In this document: piece by piece, positions 29,261 to 39,419 of the stretch | Numbering within the stretch: position 1 is the first letter of the stretch | How the letters are laid out: every line of letters starts with the position of its first letter | DNA from: Terriglobia bacterium | GTDB lineage: Bacteria; Acidobacteriota; Terriglobia; JAJPHL01; JAPKYU01 | DNA: 64,000 nt | Assembly: GCA_965206645.1 (NCBI GenBank) | Contig: CBDBKE010000003.1 | Coordinates: forward strand, 224,001-288,000 | Direction: 5' to 3' | Made by a program: the position numbers and the translations under genes | Notes under the pieces: generated by a model | Databases searched by the model: none | Told to the model about the DNA's origin: nothing | The model's input: the letters and a program-made list of their open reading frames with translations, nothing else

Positions 29261-29564
29261 GTGGCGGCGCCGGTCTTTGCTTGCTTCAAGTGCGGGGAGG
29301 TTGTGCGGGCAGCAAGGTGGGGCGCCGGGAAGCCTGTCCTAAGTGCTCGGCCGACCGCATTGTTGCCTGAACTGCGCCTTCTACGACTCCCATGCGCACA
29401 GCCAGTGCCGCGAAACGCAGGCGGAATGGGTGCGCTACAAGGAAGAGGCCAACTACTGCGACTACTTCCGGCCGCTGCTGGCGGAGGGCCGTGGGGCAGC
29501 GGGCAAAGCCAGCTCCTCTGCTGAGGAAGTCCGCAAGAAACTCGACAACCTGTTCAAGATCTGA
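29261..29564 (+). pseudogene. Small Cys-rich Zn-ribbon protein with two frameshifts
   Basis: CFKCG / KVGRREACPKCSAD / HCCLNCAFYD...CRE...ANYCDYF lie in three successive frames. Confidence 0.7.
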
Positions 29565-29591
29565 GTTCGCAGGCCGTGTAAGATATCCTCT

Positions 29592-30311
29592 ATGGATACG
29601 CAGCCGCGGCTTGTCCGTCGCTTCCTCAGCCTGGGGGTGGCGGTTGGGCTGTTGGGCGCTGCGGGCTGGGCGCAATCGTTAGGCGAGGTGGCGCGTCGCA
29701 ACCGCGCCGAGAAAAGAACCCGGCCCAAAGCCACTCGCGTCTATACCAACAATGACCTGCCCCGCTCCGGCGGCCTGAGCACCACCGGCACGGAAGAGAA
29801 AAGTCAGATTCAACAGGCCGAGACGGTCGAGGTAAAGCCTGGTGAGTCGCTGGCGCCCTTCGTCCCCTCGCCACAAATGTTGGTCGATCGGATGCTTCAG
29901 CTAGCCGAAGTCGGGCCCAGGGATACCGTCTATGACATGGGCTCCGGCGACGGCCGCATTCCCATCACGGCCGCGCGGAAATTCGGCGCCAATGCCGTCG
30001 GCGTGGAGTTGAACGAAAGCTTGTACAAGCAGAGCCAGGCCCGCGTCAACGAGCTGAACCTTCAGGACAAGGTGACGATCATTCAGGGCGACATGCTGCA
30101 GGTGGATTTGAGCCCGGCCACCGTGGTTACCCTCTACCTGCTGACCAGCGCCAACGATAAACTGCGGCCGAGAATGGAGAAGTACTTGAGAAAAGGCGCT
30201 CGGGTCGTTTGCCACGACTTCCAAGTGTCTGGCTGGGAGCCGTACCAAGTCCAAAACGTGATCGAGGACGAGAACAGCCGCCGGCATGTGCTCTACCTTT
30301 ACCGGCGGTAG
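29592..30311 (+). CDS. SAM-dependent methyltransferase with signal-peptide-like N-terminus
   Basis: APFVPSP, YDMGSGDGR, GVEL, VVTLYLL, GARVVCHDF. Confidence 0.9.
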   Translation: MDTQPRLVRRFLSLGVAVGLLGAAGWAQSLGEVARRNRAEKRTRPKATRVYTNNDLPRSGGLSTTGTEEKSQIQQAETVEVKPGESLAPFVPSPQMLVDRMLQLAEVGPRDTVYDMGSGDGRIPITAARKFGANAVGVELNESLYKQSQARVNELNLQDKVTIIQGDMLQVDLSPATVVTLYLLTSANDKLRPRMEKYLRKGARVVCHDFQVSGWEPYQVQNVIEDENSRRHVLYLYRR

Positions 30312-30325
30312 CAGGTTTCGGACGC

Positions 30326-31588
30326 TCATTTACCGAGCGTCTCTGTCGGATCAATCCGCAGCCAGAACAGCGCGCCCACCAAGTACGTCGCTGTGGCCAC
30401 GAAAAAGGGAAGTTCCCAAGAGCCAAAGCGCTCCACGAAGATGCCCACCAGAAAGGGCGACAGCGTTCCGCCCAGGTTGCCGAAGGTGTTCATGCAGCCG
30501 GAAACGGTGCCGGCATACTGCTTGCCGGTGTCTATGCACACCGCCCAACAGGCGCTCAGGGCGAGGTCGTTACAGAAGGCGGAGAACGAAATAGCCAGAA
30601 TGGCATATAGGGGGTGGGACAGGAACACGCTGATGAGCAGGAAGGCGCCGGCCCCCAGAAGCCCCAGTAGCCCCAGTAGCCCCACAACACGCCGCCCGAA
30701 CTTCAGGCCCCGTCGCCGGACCAGCGCGTCGGTCAGGAGGCCGCCCAGCACACAGGCGAAGGCGCCGAACAACAGCGGCATGCCGGCGTACAGACCGCTC
30801 TGCTCAGGCGATAGGCCGCGCGCTTCCTGCAAGTAGGTTGGCAGCCAGGTGATGTAGAAGTACCAGCCATAAAACATGAAGCCGTACATCAGGCAGATGG
30901 CCCACAGGTTGGAGCTGGTCACCAGGGCTCGCCAGGGAACGCGGGGGCGGCCGTGCGACGCCGGGTCTGCGTCCCGCCCGCGAATCAGTTCCAGCTCGGC
31001 TTGGTTCACCGAAGCCTTTTCCGTCGGCTCGTCGCGGAACCAGGAATAGAAGGCGGCGGCCCAGAACAAACCCAGCGCGCCAAAGACAGCAAAGGTGGGA
31101 CGCCACCCCAACACCGCCATCAGGGCTACAACGGCGTAGGGAGTGAGCGAGCCACCCAGGCGGGAGCCGGTGAAGATCAGCCCATGGGCCCGGCCGCGCT
31201 CGGTGGCCGGCATCCAGCGCGAGAAGATCCGGGTGCAGTTGGGGAAGGCGCCTGCCTCGCCGGCGCCAAACAAGAAACGACAGGCGACCAACGACAGGAA
31301 GTTCCAGGCCGCTCCGGTCAACGCGGTAAACACAGACCACCAAACCACGATGCGGGTTAACACCCGCCGCGAACCGCGGACGTCGCCCCACCAACCGGCG
31401 GGGATCTCGAAGACGGCATAGGCCAGTGTGAAGGCGCTGAAGACCGCGCCCATCTGTACGCGCGACAGCCCCAGTTCCGCAGCGATCGCCGGTGCCGCAG
31501 CCGCAATACAGACCCGGTCAATGTAGGTGATGACCGAAAGCGCGAAGGCGAAGGTCAGCACCACATAGCGGACACGGCTGGCGGGCAT
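30326..31588 (-). CDS. MFS transporter (ACS / sugar-acid family)
   Basis: YIDRVCI, FEIPAGWWGD, RFLFGAGEAGAFP, ERGRAHG, MNTFGNLGG. Confidence 0.93.
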   Translation of the reverse strand: MPASRVRYVVLTFAFALSVITYIDRVCIAAAAPAIAAELGLSRVQMGAVFSAFTLAYAVFEIPAGWWGDVRGSRRVLTRIVVWWSVFTALTGAAWNFLSLVACRFLFGAGEAGAFPNCTRIFSRWMPATERGRAHGLIFTGSRLGGSLTPYAVVALMAVLGWRPTFAVFGALGLFWAAAFYSWFRDEPTEKASVNQAELELIRGRDADPASHGRPRVPWRALVTSSNLWAICLMYGFMFYGWYFYITWLPTYLQEARGLSPEQSGLYAGMPLLFGAFACVLGGLLTDALVRRRGLKFGRRVVGLLGLLGLLGAGAFLLISVFLSHPLYAILAISFSAFCNDLALSACWAVCIDTGKQYAGTVSGCMNTFGNLGGTLSPFLVGIFVERFGSWELPFFVATATYLVGALFWLRIDPTETLGK

Positions 31589-31649
31589 CGCAACCTAATC
31601 TGCCACAGGAGGGGACAGACTGCCCAACTTTTGTGATACTTTTCGGCCC

Positions 31650-31961
31650 ATGCGGGCAGCCATTCCGGTGCTGGGATGTCCTAGCTGTGGCTCTCAGGCC
31701 GTGATCTATAGCTGCGAGCCTAAGTGTTGCTTCAATCACATTTGCAGTGATTGTCACACGAGCTTCGAACTGGAGACGTCTGACACAGGGCGAGAGCTGG
31801 CCGGAGTGGAGCCGCCGGAACGTACCCTGGAGGCTTGTGATCCCACCACCGAATGCGCCCGTTGCCACAGCCTCACTGTCTACCAGGTGGGCGAGGGCTG
31901 CGTGTGCCTGAGCTGCTCAGCGTTGCTGGAATTACATTATACGGAAATCTCCCCCGCCTAG
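31650..31961 (+). CDS. Cys-rich hypothetical protein (putative double Zn-ribbon)
   Basis: CPSC, CEPKCCFNHICSDC, CARC, CLSC. Confidence 0.75.
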   Translation: MRAAIPVLGCPSCGSQAVIYSCEPKCCFNHICSDCHTSFELETSDTGRELAGVEPPERTLEACDPTTECARCHSLTVYQVGEGCVCLSCSALLELHYTEISPA

Positions 31962-32050
31962 TCCGAAACCGGACGTGGAGTTTGACTTCTTGCGCAGGGC
32001 AGGGTTATTTTGCTGCCACCCCGGAGGAGCAGTACCACGGGAGCAGCCTA

Positions 32051-32398
32051 TTGCAAACGGAACTGGAGCGTCACGCAGGGACTTTTCTTTTGCGATTGAA
32101 AGGCGACATGCGCCTGTGGGGTAAACCGGACCGCGGAGGGAACATCGTGAAGGCGTTCCGCTCCGTTTTGGAGGACACGCCGGGCCGACTCGTGCTGAGC
32201 CTAACCGGTGTGGACCACCTGGATACCCTCGGCATCTCTTCTCTGGTCAAAATTCTGATCGACTGCTCCAAGCACGAGATTGAACTGCGGTTGGTCATGG
32301 CAACGGGATTGGCGGGGGAAGCGGTGCGGCGAGTGCATATCTTCGAGCCCTCGCTCGTGTTCCCCGACGAACAGTCGGCCTTGCAGGAGGGAGCTTAA
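32051..32398 (+). CDS. STAS-domain (anti-sigma antagonist-like) protein
   Basis: LLRLKGDM...LVLSLTGVDHLDTLGISSLV...VFPDEQSAL; start uncertain. Confidence 0.75.
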   Translation: MQTELERHAGTFLLRLKGDMRLWGKPDRGGNIVKAFRSVLEDTPGRLVLSLTGVDHLDTLGISSLVKILIDCSKHEIELRLVMATGLAGEAVRRVHIFEPSLVFPDEQSALQEGA

Positions 32399-32402
32399 CA
32401 AA

Positions 32403-32434
32403 CAGGTATAGGCAGGATATAGGCAGGGTATAGG
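32403..32434. repeat. 10-11-bp tandem repeat x3
   Basis: caggtatagg caggatatagg cagggtatagg between convergent genes. Confidence 0.75.
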
Positions 32435-32475
32435 CCAGAGGAGAGGGAAGCGACGACGGGTAGATATCTTACGTC

Positions 32476-33252
32476 CTACCGCACGACACCCTCCAGAGGG
32501 CTGCTGGCGGAAGCATACAGACGGCGTGGCATACGCCCTGCCAAGTAAGCCAGCCGGCCCGCCTCGACAGCCAGCTTCATTGCATGAGCCATCACTTCTG
32601 GCTCCTGGGCCAGGGCCACACCGCTGTTCATCAGAACGGCGTCGGCTCCCAGTTCCATGGCCACGGCAGCGTCGGAGGCCGTGCCCACGCCGGCGTCCAC
32701 GATCAGCGGCACTTCGGTAATCATCTCGCGCAGAATGCGGAGGTTGGAAACGTTCTGGATCCCCATGCCGGAGCCGATGGGTGCCCCCAAGGGCATTACA
32801 GCAGCGGCTCCGGCGTCAATCAACCGCCGTGCTGCCACCAGGTCGTCGTTGGTATAGGGCAGCGCGACGAAGCCTTCCTTCACCAGCACGCGGGTGGCTT
32901 CCAGCAGACCAAAATTGTCGGGGAACAGGGTCTTTTCATCGCCAATCACTTCCAGCTTGATCCAGTGCGAGAGGCCCACTTCCCGTGCCAGGCGGGCGGT
33001 CCGGATGGCCTCGTCGGCGGTGTAGCAGCCTGCCGTGTTCGGCAAGATGAAGTACTTCTTGGGATCAATGTAGTCCAGCAAGGACTCGCGAGAGCGGTCG
33101 GTCAGGTTCACCCGGCGAATCGCCACAGTGACCATTTCGGCGCCGGTGGCTTCCAGGCAGCGAGCCATCTGGTGGAAGCTGGCGTACTTGCCCGAGCCGA
33201 TGATGAGCCGCGAACGGAACTGGCGGTCAGCGATCTTCAGTGCCATGTCCAT
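32476..33252 (-). CDS. thiG: Thiazole synthase
   Basis: [48 protein letters not shown]. Confidence 0.97.
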   Translation of the reverse strand: MDMALKIADRQFRSRLIIGSGKYASFHQMARCLEATGAEMVTVAIRRVNLTDRSRESLLDYIDPKKYFILPNTAGCYTADEAIRTARLAREVGLSHWIKLEVIGDEKTLFPDNFGLLEATRVLVKEGFVALPYTNDDLVAARRLIDAGAAAVMPLGAPIGSGMGIQNVSNLRILREMITEVPLIVDAGVGTASDAAVAMELGADAVLMNSGVALAQEPEVMAHAMKLAVEAGRLAYLAGRMPRRLYASASSPLEGVVR

Positions 33253-33502
33253 AGGCCTATTGTATGCCTGCGGCCGCAGTGAGGCAAACTACCCAGCCAA
33301 GCCCAGAGGCCAACGAAGCCCGGAGACCGGTGGCAGCCGGGTGCGCCAGATCTAGCAGACTGGCACACCTGTGCCACTCCGGGCCAGTGCACCAAGGTCC
33401 TGGGACACTTTTACCTCAAGACCGTTGACTTGGAACGGGGAATTCTGCTATATGTTCCGCGGTATAATTGATTTGTTTGCCGTTACGAGAGGGGAAGAAC
33501 CA

Positions 33503-33826
33503 ATGATTCAACTGACTGATATGGCGGTCTCCAAAGTAAGGGAAATCCTGGACCAACAGTCGCCTCGTCCGGCGGGACTGCGCATCGCCGTAGTGGGCGG
33601 TGGCTGCTCGGGGTTCTCTTACCATATGGCCTTCGACAACCAGTCCAACGGGACCGACAAGGTGCTGGATTATGAGGGACTGAAGATCTTCGTGGACCAG
33701 GCCAGCCTGCTTTACGTGGACGGGACCGAGGTCGATTACGTGGAAAGCTTGGAAGGCGCCGGGTTCAAGTTCAACAACCCGAACATCAAGAGCACTTGCG
33801 GCTGCGGTAGCTCGTTCAGCGTTTAG
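33503..33826 (+). CDS. A-type Fe-S carrier (IscA/ErpA/HesB family)
   Basis: GGGCSGFSY, FNNPN, TCGCGSSF; RBS GAGAGGGG. Confidence 0.96.
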   Translation: MIQLTDMAVSKVREILDQQSPRPAGLRIAVVGGGCSGFSYHMAFDNQSNGTDKVLDYEGLKIFVDQASLLYVDGTEVDYVESLEGAGFKFNNPNIKSTCGCGSSFSV

Positions 33827-34187
33827 CCAGTCCGGCAAACGCTTCGCGGTCACAACTTCTTCGTGGCCCTAGGCTTGAGGTAAGCGAGAAGGTTTACCAT
33901 GGGCCTGGGGCTTCCGTTTTTTCCTTTCTGCCTTGTTTCTTCACTGTCATGTGAGCGAAGGAAATTGGGCGCTAGCCTGAGGGGCCGATTGCTGGCGCAC
34001 TGGGCTCCTGCAGTTGGACTGCGCACCGAATCGTCGACCGGTCAGGGACCGCGCCCGATGCTTTTCCAAAGCCGGCTACACGTTCCTGTACGGAGGCCGG
34101 GAGACGCTAAGATTTTCACCCGTTGCACGCTCTTCTACCGTTGCTGCCTGCCTGATCCGACTCCAACTTCACATCGGCCTTTCTGGT

Positions 34188-34216
34188 TTGACATGGGCTA
34201 AGTGGGCTTCTAGAAT
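34188..34216 (+). promoter_or_regulatory. Sigma70 promoter
   Basis: TTGACA-17 bp-TAGAAT upstream of the PilZ gene. Confidence 0.7.
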
Positions 34217-34263
34217 CGGGCTCGTGTGGTTGGAATCGAGCAGCAGGCCATCACGGGTGACAC

Positions 34264-34590
34264 TTGTCTTCGGCTGAAGCGCGCAGAAGTCCGCGAGTTC
34301 TGGCCCAGATTTCGATCCTGATCACAGGAGAGGGACCCCTGTACAACGGCCACACCGCGGTGGTCAACCGCCACGGGGCCATGGTCTTGTGTCCCGAGAA
34401 CTATCCCCTCCAGACCGTGCTAGAGATCCAGAATTTGGCTAGCGACCAGTGTGCCAAGTGCCGGGTAGTTTGGCTTGGCGGGGAAGACCGGCCGGGGACC
34501 TACAAGCTGGGAATCGAGCTGGTCGAGGAACTGCCGGAGTTCTGGAGGGTGGATTACCAGAGTGCCATTCCAGCGCCGCCGCCTTCGTAG
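34264..34590 (+). CDS. PilZ-domain protein
   Basis: RRSPR (RxxxR), VNRHGA, CRVVW, LGIEL...FW. Confidence 0.75.
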   Translation: MSSAEARRSPRVLAQISILITGEGPLYNGHTAVVNRHGAMVLCPENYPLQTVLEIQNLASDQCAKCRVVWLGGEDRPGTYKLGIELVEELPEFWRVDYQSAIPAPPPS

Positions 34591-34688
34591 CGCTCCCCCT
34601 AAGGTCCCTAATTTCAGGAAACTACCCCAACTCCCTTTCGCTTGCAGACAGAAAGCGGCGGCGATAAAATCAACCTCCCCGGTTCTGC

Positions 34689-37600
34689 GTGCGACCAATG
34701 ACCCGGCATTCTCACCGGATTCTGTTTGTGGTGCTGTGGACGGCAGCGTTCGCCACCGCCGCCAGTGCGCAGGTGATTTCGACTGTTGTCGGCAACATTT
34801 CCGCAGCCGACGGCCTCCAGGCGCGCGAGACTCCTCTGGTCATTCCCCGCGCCGTGACTGTGGACCAGGACGGCTTTATTTACATTGCTGATGACGGCAG
34901 CGGCACGGTACGCCGCATTGACCCGATCACCGGCATTGCCACCGTCATTGCTGGCGGCGGGACTGTGGTGGATGACCTGATCCCGGTCCCCGGCAAGTCA
35001 GCCTTTCTGAACAGCCCTGTGGGGGTAGGTATTGGCGCAGATCGGAACCTCTACATTGCCGATGACGGGAACAATCGTGTCCGGCTATTGACCTCCGATG
35101 GGTTTCTGACGACCGTAGTCGGCAACGGCAGCTCTGGCTTCTCCGGAGACGGCGGTCCCGCTACGCGCGCGCAGTTGTTCCTGCCCACAGGAGTCGCAAC
35201 GGATTCGGCTGGGAACCTCTACATCACCGACCGCGGGAATGAGGCCATCCGCAAGGTGGACGCCGCCAGCGCCGTGATCACGACGATTGCTGGGGGCCCC
35301 AACGCCAACAGTTTTAGCGACGGCATTCCGGCCACTGCGGCCAGGCTCTTCAGCCCATACGGGATCGCCGTGGACGGGGCCGGCAATGTTTTCTTTGCCG
35401 ACGAAGACGACCACCGGGTGCGCAAGATTGAGGCGGCCACCGGCCTGATCCGCACCGTGGCGGGTACCGGTTTTTCGGGGACCAGCGGCGACGGCGGGCC
35501 GGCGACTTCGGCCAACCTTCTGTCGCCCAGCGGCGTGGCAGTGGCGCCCAACGGCGACCTCTACATCGGTCATAGCGGCCGGGTGCGCAAGGTGGACGCA
35601 GGCACGGGCGTGATTACGACCGTCCTGGGCGGCGGTAATTTCATCCTGAGCGAGGGACGTCCGGGAACGGACGTCTTCATACCGAGTTCGATCCGGCACA
35701 TGTTCCTGACTCCGGCAAACGTTCTTCTCCTAGCTCTCACTGGGGACAACCTGATCGGGCAGCTCAACCTGACTACCGGCATCTTCAGTATTCTGGCCGG
35801 AGACCCGCTGCGAGTGGGTGACGGCGGGCTGGCGCAGACGGCGGCTGTCGCCCAACCACATCAACTGACCCTGGATGCCACGGACAACCTCTATATTGCC
35901 GACAAGTTCCATCACCGGGTACGGCGCGTCTCGCCGGGAACCGGAGGGTTGGGAACCGGGACCATCACCACCGTGGTGGGAGACGGGTTTCCCGCGTTTG
36001 CCGAAACCAGCGGGCCGGCTGCCAGCACTTCCATTACCTTCCCGGAGGGGGTCTTTGTGGATGCGAGCAACCGGGTGTACTTCACCGACAATTTCCGGCG
36101 CGTCCGCATGGTCGATTCCGGCGGGATGCTCCAGACGGTGCCTGGCCTCAGGACCGTCGGCTTTTCTGGCGACGGCGGCCCAGCGATCGAGGCTGAACTG
36201 AACACTCCCCGCGGCATGACGATGGACAGCGTCGGCAACCCGTATATTGCCGACACGTTCAACGATAGGGTGCGAACGATTGATCCCAACGGAATCATCC
36301 AGACGATTGCCGGAACTGGAGAATTCGGCTTTTCCGGCGATGGCGGGCCGGCCACGCAAGCCCAGATCAATGGGCCGTACGATTTGCTGCTGGACGACAA
36401 CGGAGGCCTGCTGATCGCGGACCACTTCAACCATCGCGTGCGGCGCATGGATTTGTCCACGGGGATCATCACCACCTTTGCCGGCAATGGGCGTTTCGCC
36501 TACAGCGGCGACGGGGGACCGGCGACCGACGCCGGTGTCTCCAGGCCCCGGGGCCTGGCCATGGACGGGCAGGTAATGTGCTGATCACCAGCATCAACAC
36601 CGTGCGCCGGGTGGATGCGGCCACCGGCATCATCAGCACCGTCGCCGGCGCCGGCGACCCGGGGTTCCGGGGAGATGGAGGGCTGGCCACTCTGTCGCGC
36701 CTGAGTGGCGCGCAGGGCATCGTAGTGGGCAGCGCGGGCGACGTGATTTTTTCTGACGGCGTGAACAACCGCATTCGGCGCGTCTCGGCGGTCGTAGTGG
36801 TGCCCATGCTGGCAGTGAGCCCTACCACACTTTCCTTCCGGGCCCTGGAAGGAGGTCAGTCGCCGGCCGGGCAGAGCCTCCAGGTGAGTACCAGCAACCT
36901 GGCCAGCACCTCCTGGACGGCTTCAGTGCAACTGGCCAGCGGCTCGGGCTGGTTGACAGTCCAACCGATCTCCGGCATGACGCCTGCTGTCGTGCAGATC
37001 GCGGTGAACTCTTCGGGGCTCCCCGCTGGCACGTTTACCGGAAGCATCACAATCACCGCGGCCGGCGCAACCAACTCACCTCAGACGGTCTCGGTCACTC
37101 TGACCGTGGAGCCGGGCGGCAGTCCAAAGCTGGCGTTGGACCCGCAATTCCTCACCTTCCGGGCGACGCAGGGTGGGGCCGACCCTCCGCCGCAAACGGT
37201 AACGTTAACCAATGCCGGCGGCGGCGTGTTGCAGTGGTCCGGCACGGTTCAAGCCAGTGGCGGCAACTGGCTCTCGGTTTCCCCTGGCAGCGGTACCGGC
37301 GCGGCCACGTTGACCCTGTCGGCCACGCTGGGTTCGTTGCCCGCCGGTGTCTACCAGGGCCTGTTACTGGTGACCAATCTCAGCGCGGGTGAAAGCCTGG
37401 CAGTCTCGGTGGCGTTCATTGTGAGCGAACCGGTCTCTTCGCTGCTGCTGAGCCAGACCGGGGCCTTGTTTACGGTGAACGAAGGCGGTTCGTTTGTCCC
37501 GCCGGGGGACGTGCTGGTGGTGAACGCGGGCCAGGGGGGGATGATCTGGCAGGCCGAGGTCCTGCCCCTTTCTGGCGGGAACTGGCTGGGGCTATCCGCG

Positions 37601-39208
37601 GCTTCCGGAAGCAGCGCTCCGGATCTGGCTGCGGCGTTGCAATTGTCGCCGAGCCCGGCCGGGCTGAGTCCCGGCGTCTACGATGCGCTGGTGCAGGTCT
37701 CCGCCTCCGGCGCCACCAACTCCCCGCAGTTGCTGTTGGCCCGGCTCCAGGTGCAGCCCAGCGGGACTGCGCCGGTGGGCAGCATCCGTCCCGGTGGCAT
37801 TGCGCTGGTCGGTGAGTCTGGCGGGGCGATACAACAGGGTTCGCTGACGGTCAGCACTACAGGCGGGGCAACGCTGAGCTATGCGACTTCCGCCAGCACC
37901 TCCGACGGCGCCCTCTGGCTTTTGGTCTCCCCGCCCGGCGGCAGCCTGCAAGGTTCCGCCGACCGCAGCACCATCAACGTGCAGGCTAACCCAGCCCAAC
38001 TGTCGCCTGGCGTCTACCGGGGCAAAGTGGCGGTGGCCTTCAGCACGGGCGTCACCCAGGACGTCAGCGTGTTGCTGGTGGTGACGCAGCAGGGTGCCGC
38101 AGCAGTGGCCAGCCGGCAGTCGTACGCGGGGGCTGGACTGGCACAGGCCGCCTGCACTCCTACCCAGCAGTTCCCGCTCCAGGTTGCCCTGACCAATGGC
38201 AGCAGCGTGCCCACGGGATTTGGCACGGTGGTGCAGGTTACCGTCCTGGATGACTGCGGCATGACAGTGAATAACTCGGTGGTGGTTGTCCAGTTCGGCA
38301 ACGGTGACCCGGCCTTGGTCCTGGATCCCAAGAAGAGGGTTGGTCCCGGCCTCTATTCGGGAACGTGGAAACCGGGGCAACAGGGCGCGACCAAAGTCAC
38401 CGTGCAAGCCACCGGCAGCGGCTTGGCGCCAGGCCAGACGGATCTGCAGGTTGAGATTTCCGTGCAGGGCGCCGCCCTGACGAGCCCGGAGATTTCCACC
38501 AACGGCGCGGTGCATGGCGCCCATTTCAATCTCATCGGCGGGGTCAAGCAGGTCGCCCCGTTAGCGCGAGGCCAGATTTTTTCGGTGTTTGGCACGCGAC
38601 TGGCCACCGGGCGCAGCTTCGCTGACCGGGTCCCGTTGCCACGCTCGCTGGCGGGGGTCACCGCCAAGCTGGCCGGCACCGACGTGCCTTTGTTCTTCTC
38701 CGACACCGGGCAGTTAAACGCGCAGATCCCCTTTGAACTGCCGTCCGGCGGCACCTTCCCGCTTGTGATTACCATGGGCGGGCTGGGCAGCACGCCCGAA
38801 CTGATCACCTTGACGAACACGCAGCCAGGCATCTTTACGGTTGCCCAAAGCGGGAGCGGTCCCGGAGTCATCACCGACGCGCCGGGCACCCTGATCGATA
38901 CCGCGAATCCCGCCCAGCGCGGCCAGGTCGTGATCGTCTACGCCACCGGCCTGGGGCCCACCAACCCTACAGTGCCCACCGGAGAGGCTACCCCCTTCGG
39001 CATGCTGGCGCGGGCGGTAGACGGCGTGACCGTAGCCGTCGGGGGTGTTCCGGCGACTGTGGATTTTGCAGGGCTGACCCCAGGCTTTGTTGGGCTCTAC
39101 CAGGTTAACGTTCGTATCCCGGACAACGCGCCGTTGGGCGATGAGGTGGAACTCTTTCTGGAACAAAACCAGATCCGAAGCAACACGGTGACCCTGGTGA
39201 TTCAGTAG
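34689..39208 (+). pseudogene. Large exported NHL-repeat + BACON/Ig + TIGR03437 C-terminal protein, split by a 1-nt frameshift at ~36570
   Basis: Repeated GDGGPA..A.L..P NHL units; WL.V.P.SG BACON units; QLNAQIP, PGIF, YATGLG, PGFVGLYQVNVRIP; ORFs 34689-36584 and 36578-39208 join as MDG(A)GNVLIT if one G is added. Confidence 0.85.
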
Positions 39209-39419
39209 GCTCCGGCCCGGCTCCGTCGCCTTCCCAAACCTTGCCCTGTGAATTCGTGGTGGCGGCTAGAGCTTCGCGAGGGAGCAAGCGTACTCGTGGA
39301 CAACGCCAGGCTGCTGGAAACAATCGCGTGGGACACAGGCGCAGACACCCGATGGATTAACCACGAAACCTGGCTTGGTTAACCACAAAAAGGGATGTAC
39401 CCCTTCAAAAACCTTTTAG

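Noticed and set aside
33253-33420. TPP riboswitch upstream of thiG
   Set aside because: No CTGAGA / ACCTGA core motifs found
33827-34187. Possible ncRNA or small ORF in a long intergenic gap
   Set aside because: No recognisable RNA motif or credible ORF by eye
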